DNA of 64,000 nt from Mobula hypostoma (lineage: Eukaryota), in the NCBI RefSeq assembly GCF_963921235.1, contig NC_086098.1:155310001-155374000 (forward strand), read 5' to 3'. Within the stretch, counting starts at the first letter, position 1, and each line of letters begins with the position of its first letter. The position numbers were made by a program, and so were the translations under genes. The notes under the pieces are model-generated. The model ran no database searches, was not told where the DNA came from, and worked only from the letters and a program-made list of their open reading frames with translations. Shown piece by piece: positions 24,335 to 38,679 of the stretch.

Positions 24335-27300
24335 AAATGGGATGAGGTCCTACAAGGTGAATTTAGGGAGTTAGGAGATAAACTAAAAAGCAGGACCACA
24401 AAGGTAATAATCTCTGGATTACTACCAGTGCCACGTGTTAGTCAGAGTAGAAATAGGAGGATATTTCAGATGAATATATGGCTTGAAAAATGGTGCAAGG
24501 GGGAGGGATTCAAATTTCAGGGACATTGGAACCAGTTCTGGAGGAGGTGGGACCGGTACAAACAGGACGGCCTGCACCTGGGCTGGACTGGAACCAATGT
24601 CCTAGGGGGAGTGTTTGCTACTGTTGTTCAGGGGGATTTAAACTAATGTGGCAGGGGGATGGGAACAAGTGCAGAGAGACAGAGGGGTGTAAAAAAAGGG
24701 TAGAAGCAAAAAGTAGTAAGGTGAAAAGTAAAAGTGGCAGGCCAGCAAATCCAGGGCAAAAATCAAAAAGGGCCACTTTTCAACATAATTGCATAAGGGC
24801 TAAGAGTGTTGTAAAAGCGAGCTTGAAGGCTTTGTGTGTCAGTGCAAGGAGCATTCGTAACAAGGTGGATGAACTGAACGTGCAGATAGTTATTAATGAA
24901 TATGATGTAGTTGGGATCACAGAGACATAGATATTCAATATTCAGGAGGGATAGACATGAAAGAAAAGGAGGTGGGGTGGTATTGCTGGTTAGAGAGGAG
25001 ATTAACGCAAAAGAAAGGAAGGACATTAGCCGGGAGGATGTGGAATCAATACGGGTAGAGCTGCATAACACTAAGGGGCAGAAAACGCTGGTGGGAGTTG
25101 TGTACAGGCCACCTAACAGTAGTAGTGAGGTTGGGGATGGCATTACACAGGAAATTAGAAATGCGTGCAATAAAGGAACAGCAATTATTATGGGTGACTT
25201 TAATCTACATGTAGATTGGGTGAACCAAATTGGTAAGGGTGCTGAGGAAGAGGATTTCTTGGAATGTATGCGGGATGGTTTTCTGAACCAACATGTTGAG
25301 GAACCAACTAGAGAGCAGGCCATTCTAGACTGGGTATTGAGCAATGAGGAAGGGTTAGTTAGCAATCTTGTCGTGCGAGGTCCCTTGTGAAAGAGTGACC
25401 ATAATATGGTGGAATTCTTCATTAAGATGGAGAGTGATATAGTTAGTTCAGAAACAAAGGTTCTGAACTTGAAGAAAGGTAACTTTGAAGGTATGAGACG
25501 TGAATTATCTAAGATAGACTGGCAAATGACACTTAAAGGGTTGACGGTGGATATGCAATGGCAAGCATTTAAAGATCGCATGGATGAACTACAACAATTG
25601 CTCATCCCAGTTTGGCAAAAGAATAAACCAGGGAAGGTAGTGCACCCGTGGCTGACAAGGGAAATTAGGGATAGTATCAATTCCAAAGAAGAAAACATAC
25701 AAATTAGCCAGAAAAAGCAGTACACCTGAGGACTGGGAGAAATTCAGAGCCCAGCAGAGGAGGACAAAGGGCTTAATTAGGAAAGGGAAAAAAGATTATG
25801 AGAGAAAGCTGGCAGGGAACATAAAAACTGACTGTAAAAGCTTTTATGGATATGTGAAAAGAAAAAGATTGGTTAAGACAAATGTAGGTCCCTTACAGTC
25901 AGAAACAGGTGAATTGATCATGGGGAACAAGGACATGACAGACCAATTGAATAACTACTTTGGTTCTGTCTTCACTAAGGAGGACATAAATAATCTTCTG
26001 GAAATAGTAGGGGACCGAGGGTCTAGTGAGATGGAGGAACTGAGGGAAATACATATTAGTAGGGAAGTGATGTTAGGTAAATTGAAGGGATTAAAGGCAG
26101 ATAAATCCCCAGGGCCAGATGGTCTGTATCCCAGAGTACTTAAGGAAGTGGCCCAAGAAATAGTGGATGCATTAGTGATAATTTTTCAGAACTCTTTAGA
26201 TTCTGGACTAGTTCATGAGGATTGGAGGGTGGCTAATGTAACCCTGCTTTTTAAAAAAGGAGGGATAGAGAAACTGGGGAATTATAGACTGGTAAGCCTG
26301 ACATCGGTGGTGGGGTAAATGCTCGAGTCAGTTATCAAAGATGTGATAACAGCACATCTGGAAAGCGGTGAAATCATCGGACAAAGTCAGCATGGATTTG
26401 TGAAAGGAAAATCATGTCTGACGAATCTCATAGAATTTTTTGAGGATGTAACTAGTAGGGTGGATAGGGGAGAACCAGTGGATGTGGTATATTTGGATTT
26501 TCAAAAGGTTTTTGACAAGGTCCCACACAGGAGATTGGTGTGCAAACTTAAAGCACACGGTATTGGGGGTATGGTATTGATGTGGATAGAGAATTGGTTG
26601 GCAGACAGGAAGCAAAGAGTGGGAATAAACGGGACCTTTTCAGAATGGCAGGCGGTGACTAGTGGGGTACCGCAAGGCTCAGTGCTGGGACCTCAGTTGT
26701 TTACAATATATATTAATGACTTAGACGAGGGAATTAAATGCAGCATCTCCAAGTTTGCGGATGACATGAAGCTGGGCGGCAGTGTTAGCTGTGAGGAGGA
26801 TGCTAAGAGAATGCAGGATGACTTGGATAGGTTAGATGAGTGGGCAAAGTCATGGCAGATGCAATTTAATGTGGATAAATGTGAGATTATCCACTTTGGT
26901 GGCAAGAACAGGAAAACAGATTTATTATCTGAATGGTGTCTGATTAGGAAAAGGGGAGATGCAACGAGACCTGGGTGTCATTATACACCAGTCATTGAAA
27001 GTGGGCATGCAGGTACAGCAGGCGGTGAAAAAGGCGAATGGTATGCTGGCATTCATAGTAAGAAGATTCGAGTACAGGAGCAGGGAGGTACTACTGGAGT
27101 TGTACAAGGCCTTGGTGAGACCACACCTGGAGTATTGTGTGCAGTTTTGGTCCCCTAATCTGAGGAAAGACATTCTTGCCGTAGAGGCAGTACAAAGAAG
27201 GTTCACTAGATTGATTCCTGGGATGGCAGGACTTTCATATGATGAAAGACTGGATCGACTATGCTTGTACTCTGTGGAATTTAGAAGATTGAGGGGGGAT

Positions 27301-27682
27301 CTGATTGAAACGTATAAAATTCTAAAGAGATTGGACAGGCTAGATGCAGGAAGATTGTTCCCGATGTTGGGGAAGTCCAGAACGAGGGGTCACAGTTTGA
27401 GGATAAAGGGGAAGCCTTTTAGGACCAAGATGAAGAAAAACTTCTTCATGCAGAGAGTGGTGAATCTGTGGAATTCTCTGCCACAGGAAACAGTTGAGGC
27501 CAGTTCATGGCTATATTTAAGAGGGAGTTAGATATGGCCCTTGTGGCTAAAGGGATCAGCGGGTATGGAGAGAAGGCAGGTACCGGATCCTGAGTTGGAT
27601 GATCAGCCATGATCAGCCATGAATGGCGCTGCAGGCTTGAAGGGCCAAATGGCCTACTCCTGCACCTATTTTCTATGTTTCT
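24335..27682 (+). mobile_element. Near-complete CR1 LINE: end of ORF1 (SGNH esterase) plus disrupted ORF2 (APE + RT)
   Basis: DGLHL esterase motif; NARS-like SARSIRNK, GITET, YRPP, MGDFN, SDH, FADD; several stops and frameshifts; (ttctatgt) tail. Confidence 0.95.
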
Positions 27683-27899
27683 CATTGAATGCATGAGGTG
27701 TATGAAATATAATTTCAGGGTGCCACCAAGAAGACGACTTGCACGACCATCTCTGATGGATACCATCAAATCCTCCCATTTCAGTCTGCTACAGCTGAGA
27801 ACCACAGCTACTGTACGTGTAAGGTTTGTACAGTTAGTAATGTTATTTTAATGCAATTAAGAATCTATCGCTACTATTAATCAACGGAACTCTTACAGA

Positions 27900-30393
27900 T
27901 TCTGGTTGCTAGCATGATTCCTCTTTAAGACCGCGAATGCCGAGAAGACAGGGAAAGGGAGGTTGCTAACCTGGTTTAAAAGTTGACTTAAGAAGGCACA
28001 GCTTTTGACTCCCAACACAGACCATCTTGCTGGCAAACGTACAGACTCTGGTAAATAAAACAGAAGATCTTTGAGCTAGAACGCTTTATCAGAGGAACAT
28101 TAGGACTACTTATGTCTTCTGTTTCACAGAATCTTAGGTAACCCCTTCCATTCTGGATGCAGCAATTCAGATAGATGGGTTCAGAATACATCGCCAAGAT
28201 AAGACTGCTGAGTCTTTCAAAGGTAGAGGAGGAGGAGTATGCTTCATGATCAACTCCTCTTGGTGTACAAACGTGCTGGTGATGTCCTAGTCCTATTCAC
28301 CTGACCCGGAACACCTAGCGATCAAGTGTTGTCCGTTTTATCTGCCGCGGGAGATTTCAGCGATGATCTTGGTAGCCATGTACATCCCACCCCAGGCCAG
28401 TGTGAAACAGGCTCCAGACAAACTGAGCAATGTGCTCAACAGGCATGAAGCAGCACGCCCTGTAGCCTTCCCCATTATTTTGGGGGATTTTAAACACGCC
28501 AGCTTGAAAAAGTCTCTAAATAATTATTACCAACAAATCACTTATAGTACCAGAGGAACCAAAACACTGGACAGCTGTTACACCACCTTCATGAGTGCTT
28601 ACCTTGCTAGCCCACACCCACGCCCACACTTTGGAAAGTCTGATCACTTGGCAGTACTCCTACTCCCTGGGTATAGGCAGAGACTGTAGACTGCAGCACC
28701 AGTAGTGAGGACCAGGAAAGTATGGACAAGGGAGGCGGAGGAGTGCTTACAGGTTTGCTTTGAATCGGTGGACTGGACTGTATTCAGGGATGCATCTTTG
28801 AGTCTGAATAAGTATGTCACAGCTGTCACCGACTTCATTAAAACCTGTGTGGATGAGTGTGTGCCGACGAGAACTTTCTGTACACACCCAAATCAAAAAC
28901 TGTGGCTCTGTCTTGGAGGCTGATGTCAGGCTGTCTTTCAAGAGGGTGAACCCTCGCAAGGGGACAGAGCCCGATGGAGTAACTGGTAAGGCCCTGAAAA
29001 CCTGTGCCATCAATCTCTCATTGATACAGTCGAAAGTTCCCACCTGCTTCAAAAGGGCAACAACTATACCAGTGTCCAAGAGCAGGGTGAGCTGCCTTAA
29101 CTATCGTCCAGTAGCATTCACGTGTAAGGTGATGAAATGCTCTGAGAGGTTGGTCGTGGTTAGAATGAACTCCTGCCTCAGCAAGGACCTGGACCCACCT
29201 ATTCGCCACAATAGGTCTACGGTGAACGCGATCTCGTTGGCTCTCCACGAGGCCTTGAATCACTTGGACAATACAAATACCTATGTCAGGATGCTGTTAA
29301 TTGACTACAGCTCAGTGTTTAACATGATCATTCCTACAGTTATGATCAGAAAGCTCCAGAACCTAGGTCTCTACTTCCCTCTGCAACTGGATCCTTGACT
29401 TCCTAACCATAATCTGTGCGGATTGGAAGTGACATCTCCACCTCCCTAACAATCAACACAGGCGCACTTCAGAGATGTGTGCTTATCCCACTACTCTACT
29501 CTCTCAAGACCCATGACTGTGTGGCTAGGCACAGCTCAAATGCCATCTGTAAATATGCTGATGATACAACCATTTTTGGTAGAATCTCAGATGGAGACGA
29601 GAGGGTGTGCAGGAGCAAGGTATACCAGCTAATTGAGTGGTGTCGCAGCAACAACCGTGCACTCAATGTCAGTACGACCAAAGAACTGATTGTGGACTTC
29701 AGAAGGGATAAGATGCGGGAATACACCAATTGTCATGGAGGGATCAGAAGTGGAAAGAGTGAGCAATTTTAAGTTCCTGGGTGTCAATAACTCTGGAAAA
29801 AAATCCTGGACCCAACGTGTCAATGCAGCTACAAAGAAGGCATGACAGTGGTTATATTTCATTAGGAGTTTGAGGAGATTTAGTATGTCACCTAAACCAC
29901 TCGCAAATTTGTACAGATGTACTGTGGAGAGCATTCTAACTGGCTGCTTCACCGTATGGTATGGGGTGGTGGGGATAAAAGTAAGCTGCAGAGAGTTGTA
30001 AACTTAGTCAGCCCCATCATGGGCACTAACCTCCGTAGTATCCAGGACATCTTGAGTGATGCCTCAAGAAGGCGACGTCCATCATTAAGGACCACCATCA
30101 CCCAGGTCATGCCCTCTTCTCATTGCCCCATCAGGAAGGAGGTACAGGAGCCTGAAGGATCCAGGAATAGCTTCTTCCCCTCTGCCATCCAATTTCTGAA
30201 TGGACATTGAATCTGTGAAGACTACCTCTCTACTTTATTTCTATTTTTTTTGCACTACTTTTTAAATTTATATGTAATTGCTCCAATTCACAGTACTTTT
30301 TTTGTATTCCTATGTATTAAATTGTACTGCTACTGCAAAGTTAACAAATTTCATGACATGTGCTGGTGATGTTAAACTTGATTCTGATTCTGA
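27900..30393 (+). mobile_element. Decayed Rex1/Babar-like LINE (APE + RT, internal deletions)
   Basis: YIPP, LGDF, KSDHLAVLLLP, LIDYSS.FN, KYADDTT; (attctg)n tail. Confidence 0.9.
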
Positions 30394-32900
30394 AGATAGA
30401 TAATCTTGTTAGAAATTGCCAGGCATGAAGTTGTGGGCATCACTGAGTCATGATTGAAATAAGATCATAACTGGGAGCTTAACATCCAAGGATCCACATC
30501 ACATTGAAGGGACAGGCAGGTGGGCAGGGGATGTGGGTGGCTCTGTTGCTTTAAAAAAAAGAAATCAAATCTTAGAAAGAAAGGACATAGGATCAAAAGG
30601 TGTAGAATAATTGTGGGTAGAGACAAGAAACTACAAGAGTGAAAAAACCCTGATGACTTACAGGCCTCCATACAGTAGCCAAGATGCGGGGTAAATTATA
30701 AAGGGAGATAGAATAGCATGTAAAAAGAGCAGTATTAGGGAATTCAATGTACAGGTAGTTTGGAAAAATTAGTTTGGTGCAGAATCAAGAGAGAGAATTT
30801 GTCGGATAGAATTCACCCTGCAGTTGAGAAGGAGAAGTTAAAATCAGATGTATCATGATTATAGTGGTATAAAGGGAACTACGGGTGCATGAGAGAGGAG
30901 TTGGTGAGTGTTGATTGGAAGGGAACACTAGCAGGGATGATAGCAGAGCAACAGTGGCTGGAGTTTCTGGGAGAAAATCAGAAGACGCAGGAGTGGTTCG
31001 TCCCTAAGAGGAAGTATATTAAAGAGGCTGACAAGGAAAGTTAAAGAATAAAAGCAAAAAGGAGGGCATACAATAGCGAAAAAAGAAAACTAGTGGGAAG
31101 CTAAAGGATTGAGAAGCTTTAAATACCAATGGAAGGCAACTAAAAAGCAATGAGATGAAAGATGAAATATGAAGATAACTAGCTAATAATATAAAAGAGG
31201 ATTCCAAAAGTTTAGTGTTTCAAAATAATGGCAAATAAAAGAGAGGCAAGTGTGGAAATTGAACTGCTGGAAAATGATGCTCAACAGGTAGTAACAGGGA
31301 CAAAAGAATGGCGAATAAACTGAATGACTATTCTGTATCAGTCTTCACTGCGGAAGACACAAGCAGAATGTTGAAAATTCAAGATCAGGGAACAGAAGTC
31401 AGTTTAGTTGTTATTACCAAGGAGAAGATGCTTGGGAAGCTGAAAGGTCTGTAGGTTAATAAGTCACCTGTACTAGATATACTATGTTCCAGCATTCTGA
31501 AGGAGGTAGCTGAAGAGATTGTGGAGGCATTAGTAGTGATCTTTCAACAATCACTCGATTCTTGGATGCTTGCAGAGGACTGGAAAATTGCAAATATCAC
31601 TGCACTCTTTAAGAAGGAAGGGTGACAAAAGACAGGAAATTATATGGCTGTTCACCTGACTTTAGTGGTTGGCAAGATATTGGAGTCCATTGTTACGAAT
31701 GAGGTTTTGGGGTATTTGGAGGCATGTGATAGAATAGACTGAAGTCAGCAAGGTTTTATTAAGAGGAAATCATCCCTGAAAAATCTGTTGGAATTCTTTG
31801 AGGAAATGACAGGCAGGATAGGCAAAGGAAAGTCAGTGGTTGTTGTTTTTGTCAGTGGTTGTTGTTTTTGTCAGTGGTTGTTGTTTTTAACTTAAATTTT
31901 CAGAAAGTCTTTGACAAGGTGGCACACTTGAGGTTGTTAAACAAGCTAAGAGCCCATGGTATTACAGGAAAGATACTAGCATGGACAGAAGATTGGCTGA
32001 TTGGCAGGAAGCAATGAATGAAAATAAAGGGGGATGTTTTTGTGACTAATGGCCTTCTGCAGGGTTATTGTTTGGTCCACTACTTTGCAAATTGAATGTT
32101 AATGATCTGGATAACAGAATTGATGGCTTTGTGGTGAAGTTTGTGGATGGTGCAAAGACAGGTCGAGGGACAGGTAGTGTTGGAAGCAGGGAGTCTAGTA
32201 AAGGAATAGGCCAGATTGGGAGAATGGGCAAGGAAGTGGCAGATAGAATACGCTGTAGGGAAGTGTATAGTCATGAATTTTGGTAGAAAGACTGTTTTTC
32301 AAATGGAGGAAATTCAGAAATTGGGGATGTAAAGGAATTTGGAAGTCCCAGTGCAGGATTCCGTAAAGGTTAACATGTGGATTGAGTCGGTAGTAAGGAA
32401 GGCAATGCAATGCTAGCTTCAATTTCTCAAGAACTCGAATATAAAACCAAGGATGTAATGCTCAGCCTTTATAAGGCATTGGTCAGATCACATTTGGACT
32501 ATCGTTAGCAGTTTTGGGCCCCTTATCAAAGTAATGATGTGCTGGCATTGGAGAGGGTCCAGAGGAGGTTTATGAGAATGAAAGGGTTAATGTATATGCT
32601 ACGAGGAACATTTGATGACTTAGAATAAAAGGATGTTTCTTTATAACAGTGAGGAGGAGGAACTTTGTAAGCCAGAAGGTGGTGAATTTGTTGAAGTTAG
32701 TGCCACAGATGCCTGTGGAGACCAAGTTATTGGGTATATCTTAAGTGGAGGTTTACAGGTTCTTGATTAATAAGAGTGTCAAAGTTTACAGCGAGAAGGC
32801 AGGAGAGTGGGGTTGAGAAAGAAAATAATCAGCCATGATTGAATGGCAGAGTCGACTCAATAAGCTGAATGGCTTAATTCTGCCCCAATGTCTTTTGGTT
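30394..32900 (+). mobile_element. Old decayed CR1 ORF2
   Basis: GITES, EDWKIANIT.LFKK, FQK.FDKV.H remnants; CR1 3' UTR. Confidence 0.85.
31832..31888 (+). repeat. 19-bp unit gtcagtggttgttgttttt x3
   Basis: Direct observation; local slippage inside the CR1. Confidence 0.9.
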
Positions 32901-34032
32901 AATCAGAAGCATTAAGAAACTTGTAAAATTACTTAATAATAATAAAGTAATTAAATTTATTAAAATAATCAAACCTAAACAGTTGTAAATTAAACAAGTC
33001 AAAATTCCCTTCATTAAAATGGACTTGCCACTCCTGCATGGACTGGTGGACAGGCAGATCAATTGCTGAGAGTCACATTCTGCTGCTGGATCCCTCCTGT
33101 AGAGGCACAATTGCCAATACCCCAGTGACAACAGGTCTGGAAGTTCTGGATTTCGGCTTTTGTGCAGGAGTCTTGATAATTACTGGGGAAAAAAATGACA
33201 ATTTGGTGTGGAGTTGCCATCATTTCTCATTATGTCCTGGACCAATATGTCTACAGAAATCATCTTGTCTTTAATAAATCTCATGATGTTGTAGAACTTG
33301 GATGCTATTTTAGATAATTGACTGCGTGTGTTAACCGTAATCTTCATCCACAAAGTGTGTACCCTCATTGTACGATTCCCCACTCAGGCAGCCAATAATG
33401 ACATTTAGAATTCTTTACTGGCCGACGTAGCATTGTGCTGCTGTATATTCACACTGGTCAGTCTCAGCTTAGTTAGTGTTCCTGTGCAGAGTATGAAACA
33501 CAAGATCCAAGATTCACATTGATTTGCACATGTACGTCAAAGCATATGGTGAAAATGCATAGTTTGTGTTAACAACCAACACTCTCGATGATGTGCTGGG
33601 GGCAACTTGCAAGTGTTGCCACACATTCCAGCGCCATCACAGCAAGCCCACCATGCTTGGGAGAAGAACACAGAACACAACAAGCAACAGAAACAACACC
33701 AGCAAAACCTCCCACCCACTCACCCATGAACATAAACAGTCATCCAACCCCAGGACAAGCTGTCTTTGGCCGTCAAACTCCAGTGGAATAGAAGTCCACA
33801 ATCCAATCACTTAGAATGACAAGAACGGGGGTGTGTGGGAACACCACTACTTCCACGTAACATGCCAACTTGACGTAGATGTATTTTACTATTTCTTCAT
33901 TGGGTCTTGCTAGCCCACACCACTATCTTTCACCAAATGGACTGTGGCACTTTAACAGGATGGTACAATTTAGCCACCTCAGTTATGGATGGGACGGTGA
34001 TGCCCAAATCTAGGTTGAAATGAGCAAGACTG

Positions 34033-34328
34033 GGGCGCCTGGTCACGTAGTGGTCAGCGCGATGCTGTTACAGCTTGGGGCATTGGAGTTCAGAGTTCAA
34101 TTCTGACGCTGTCTGTAAGGGGTTTGTACATTCTCCCTGTGGCCGCATGGGTTTCCTCTGGGTGCTCTGGTTTTCCTTCATGGTCTGAATACATACCGGT
34201 TAAATGGTTAGTTGGTCACTGTAAATTGTCCAGTGATTAGGCTACGGTTAAATAGCTGGGTAGCTGGTTGGTGCGGCTCACTGGGCTGTAAGCGCCTGTT
34301 CCATGCTGTATCTCCAAATAAATAAATC
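34033..34328 (+). mobile_element. tRNA-derived V-SINE (HE1-like)
   Basis: A box tagtggt, B box gagttcaattc, V-domain tgggtttcctctgggtgctctggttt, CR1-like cctgttccatgctgtatctc tail with (aaat)n. Confidence 0.8.
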
Positions 34329-34452
34329 AAAGAGTAGAATGCAGTATGAGGGGAAATCAGGCAGCATTCTTGCTCCCTGACACAAGACTTCCTTCAGAAA
34401 GTTTGTGTTCTGTCATCTGTCTCTAACCTGTGATTGCCTATCATCATTACAG

Positions 34453-34620
34453 CCTCCTCGAATGTGTGATGATTACTGGAGTGAATGGAAGCATTGTCGG
34501 AGTGTGAGGAATCTCTTCCATCATTACTACACCTATGGAGAGTACCCATCATGTAAGCAGTGGAAGATAGATTACAACAATTGCAGGGAATGGGAAAAAC
34601 ATAAGTCCGAAGAGTCTAAG
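34453..34620 (+). CDS. C22orf39: C22orf39 coding exon 2, PPRMCDDYWSEWKHCRS...CREWEKHKSEESK (56 aa)
   Basis: ttacag| acceptor, AAG|gtgaga donor, 168 nt, phase 0-0; PPRxC..Y..EWK.CRS...HHYY..GE.P.C.QW motif of C22orf39. Confidence 0.95.
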
Positions 34621-35695
34621 GTGAGATTTCCCAATAAAACATGTATAGAGGTAGTATTTCTGCATTTAGCTAAATAGTACCCTAATTTTTCTTGGGATTT
34701 CTTTTAGAAATATGCCCTTTTTCTTATTTTAATCTTAGATTTATAATTTAAAATAAAAACCAGCAAATGCTAGAAACACTCATTAGGTCGGGGAGTGTCT
34801 GTGGAAGCATCCAATTCAAATCTGGGTGCTTCTGACTAACATTAACTTGGTTTATTGTTATACCATGTACTGATGTACAGTGCAAAACTTTGTTTGCAAT
34901 ATCATCCATACGGTAATTTCATTACAACAGAGCAATAAGAAAGTACAAGAGAAAGCACTAGCAGAAAAAAAAGTGTTGACACTTCAGGGGAAAGTGCAAT
35001 GTGAGGCAATGATGAGGTCGACCGTGAGGTCAGGAGTCCATCTTGTTGTACTGGGGGACTACTCAGTAGGATAGAAGCCGTCTAAATGTTTCTCTCCACA
35101 GATTCTCCCTAACCTGTTGTATACCTGCAGCGTTTCACGTTTTTGGTTCAGATTTCCACCATTTGCATATTTGTGAACTACTTATATTTTGAAAGGTATT
35201 GTCTGATATTTTTCTTGTTAAGCTAGTGGTGTGTGCTAGATGTGGTTATAGTCCTTCATTTGAGGTAATAATTTTTAAACATGTAATCAGTTTATTCCCC
35301 AGGAAAATTAGAAGCAAAAGTAGACCATTTGGCTCCTTCTATCTACTCTGCTATTCATTAAGATCGTCACTGTTCTTTCATGCCAATATCACTTCCCAGT
35401 ACTAACTCCATGACCCTTAATATTGAAGAATTTAGTGATAGCCTTCTTGGCTAAGTTCAGTGATCAAGTCTCCATTCCTTGTTGGCTGGCTAATTCTAAA
35501 AACTTATTACCCTCTGGATGAAGATGATTTTTTTTATTATTCCTTTCCTGAATGATCACTTATTTTGAGACCAGTAATCCAGCCTGAGATGCCCCAATCC
35601 AGGAAACATTTTGCCAATGCCTACCCTGTCAAACCCTTTAAAAATTTTATCTGCCTTCCCTAAACTCAAATGAGAATAGGCCCAGATTGCCTAAT

Positions 35696-38679
35696 CAAAG
35701 TTGCTGGTGAACGCAGCAGGCCAGGCAGCATCTCTAGGAAGAGGTGCAGTCGACTTTTCAGGCCGAGACCCTTCGTCAGGACTAACTGAAGGAAGAGTGA
35801 GTAAGAGATTTGAAAGTTGGAGGGGGAGGGGGAGATCCAAAATGATAGGAGAAGACAGGAGTGGGAGGGATGGAGCCAAGAACTGGACAGGTGATTGGCA
35901 AAAGGGATACGAGAGGATCATGGGACAGGAGGTCCGGGAAGAAAGACAAGTGGGGGGGAACCCAGAGGATGGGCAAGGGGTATATTCAGAGGGACAGAGG
36001 GAGAAAAAGGAGAGTGAGAGAAAGAATGTGTGTATAAAAATAAGTAACAGATGGGGTACGAGGGGGAGGTGGGGCATTAGCGGAAGTTAGAGAAGTCGAT
36101 GTTCATGCCATCAGGTTGGAGGCTACCCAGACGGAATATAAGGTGTTGTTCCTCCAACCTGAGTGTGGCTTCATCTTTACAGTAGAGGAGGCCGTGGATA
36201 GACATGTCAGAATGGGAATGGGATGTGGAATTAAGATGTGTGGCCACTGGGAGATCCTGCTTTCTCTGGCGGACAGAGCGTAGGTGTTCAGCAAAGCGGT
36301 CTCCCAGTCTGCGTCGGGTCTCGCCAATATATAAAAGGCCACATCGGGAGCACCGGACGCAGTATATCACCCTAGCCGACTCACAGGTGAAGTGTTGCCT
36401 CACCTGGAAGGACTGTTTGGGGCCCTGAATGGTGGTAAGGGAGGAAGTGTAAGGGCATGTGTAGCACTTGTTCCGCTTACACGGATAAGTGCCAGGAGGG
36501 AGATCAGTGGGGAGGGATGGGGGGGACGAATGGACAAGGGAGTCGTGTAGGGAGCGATCCCTGCGGAAAGCAGAGAGGGGGGGGAGGGAAAGATGTGCTT
36601 AGTGGTGGGATCCCGTTGGAGGTGGCGGAAGTTACGGAGAATAATATGTTGGACCCGGAGGCTGGTGGGGTGGTAGGTGAGGACCAGGAGAACCCTATTC
36701 CTAGTAGGGTGACAGGAGGATCGAGTGAGAGCAGATGTACGTGAAATGGGGGAGATGTGTTTAAGAGCAGAGTTGATAGTGGAGGAAGGGAAGCCCCTTT
36801 CTTTAAAAAAGGAGGACATCTCCCTCGTCCTAGAATGAAAAGCCTCATCCTGAGAGCAGATGCGGCGGAGACGGAGGAATTGCGAGAAGGGGATGGCGTT
36901 TTTGCAAGAGACAGGATGAGAAGAGGAATAGTCTAGATAGCTGTGAGAGTCAGTAGGCTTATAGTAGACATCAGTGGATAAGCTGTCTCCAGACACAGAG
37001 ACAGAACGATCTAGAAAGGGGAGGGAGGTGTCGGAAATGGACCAGGTAAACTTGAGGGCAGGGTGAAAGTTGGAGGCAAAGTTAATAAAGTCAACGAGCT
37101 CTGCATGCGTGCAGGAAGCAGCGCCAATGCAGTCATCGATGTAGCGAAGGAAAAGTGGGGGACAGATACCAGAATAGGCATGGAACATAGATTGTTCCAC
37201 AAAGCCAACAAAAAGGCAGGCATAGCTAGGACCCATATGGGTGCCCATAGCTACACCTTTAGTTCGGAGGAAATGGGAGGAGCAAAAGGAGAAATTATTA
37301 AGAGTAAGGACTAATTCCGCTAGACGGAGCAGAGTGATGGTAGAGGGGAACTGATTAGGTCTGGAATCCAAAAAGCGTAGAGCTTTGAGACCTTCCTGAT
37401 GGGGGATGGAAATATATAGGGGCTGGACATCCATGGTGAAAATAAAGCGGTGGGGGCCAGGGAACTTAAAATCATTGAAAAGTTTAAGAGCGTGAGAAGT
37501 GTCACGAACATAGGTAGGAAGGGATTGAACAAGGGGGGATTAAACTGTGTCAAGGTATGCAGAAACGAGTTCAGTGGGGCAGGAGCAAGCTGAGACAATA
37601 GGTCGGCTGGGACAGGCAGGTTTGTGGATCTTGAGCAGGAGGTAGAAACGGGAAGTGCGAGGTGTGGGAACTGTAAGGTTGGCAGCAGTGGATGGGAGAT
37701 CCCCTGAGCGGATAAAATCCCACCACTAAGCACATCTTTCCCTCCCCCCCTCTCTCTGCTTTCCACAGGGATCGCTCCCTACGTGACTCCCTTGTCCATT
37801 CGTCCCCCCCATCCCCCCCCCCACTGATCTCCCTCCTGGCACTTATCCGTGTAAGCGGAACAAGTGCTACACATGCCCTTACACTTCCTCCCTTACCACC
37901 ATTCAGGGCCCCAAACAGTCCTTCCAGGTGAGGCGACACTTCACCTGTGAGTTGGCTGGGGTGATATACTGCGTCTGGTGCTCCCGATGTGGCCTTTTAT
38001 ATATTGGTGAGACCCGACGCAGACTGGGAGACCGCTTTGCTGAACACCTACGCTCTGTCCGCCAGAGAAAGCAGGATCTCCCAGTGGCCACACATTTTAG
38101 TTCCACATCCCATTCCCATTCTGACATGGCTATCCACGGCCTCCTCTACTGTAAAGATGAAGCCACACTCAGGTTGGAGGAACAACACCTTATATTCTGT
38201 CTGGGTAGCCTCCAACCTGATGGCATGAACATCGACTTCTCTAACTTCCACTAATGCCCCACCTCCCCCTCGTACCCCATCTGTTACTTATTTTTATACA
38301 CACATTCTTTCTCTCACTCTCCTTTTTCTCCCTCTGTCCCTCTGAATATACCCCTTGCCCATCCTCTGGGTCCCCCCCCCCGTCTTTCTTCCCAGACCTC
38401 CTGTCCCATGATCCTCTCGTATCCCTTTTGCCAATCACCTGTCCAGCTCTTGGCTCCATCCCTCCCCCTCCTGTCTTCTCCTATCATTTTGGATCTCTCC
38501 CTCCCCCTCCCACTTTCAAATCTCTTACTCACTCTTCCTTCAGTTAGTGCTGACGAAGGGTCTCGGCCTGAAACGTCGACTGCACCTCTTCCTAGAGATG
38601 CTGCCTGGCCTTCTGTGTTCACCAGCAACTTTGATGTGTGTTGCTTGAATTTCCAGCATCTGCAGAATTCCTGTTGTTT
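35696..38679. mobile_element. Neptune-type Penelope fold-back insertion: long minus arm 35696-~37716 (RT + GIY-YIG, frameshifted) joined head-to-head to plus arm ~37717-38679
   Basis: 14-bp TSD ccagattgcctaat (35682-35695, 38680-38693); RT motifs MDV..LY..IPH, GVAMG, RYIDD; Cys linker PCKRNKCYTC; VIY..YIGET; ~0.92-kb inverted repeat. Confidence 0.95.
38546..38581 (+). ncRNA. Minimal type I hammerhead ribozyme motif
   Basis: CUGACGA-A-GGG/CCU stem II-GAAAC-GUC with palindromic ACGU stem III, the known PLE minimal HHR layout. Confidence 0.75.

Noticed and set aside
31832-31888. Short direct repeats as a CRISPR-like array
   Set aside because: No spacers; simple slippage in a CR1 within a vertebrate genome.
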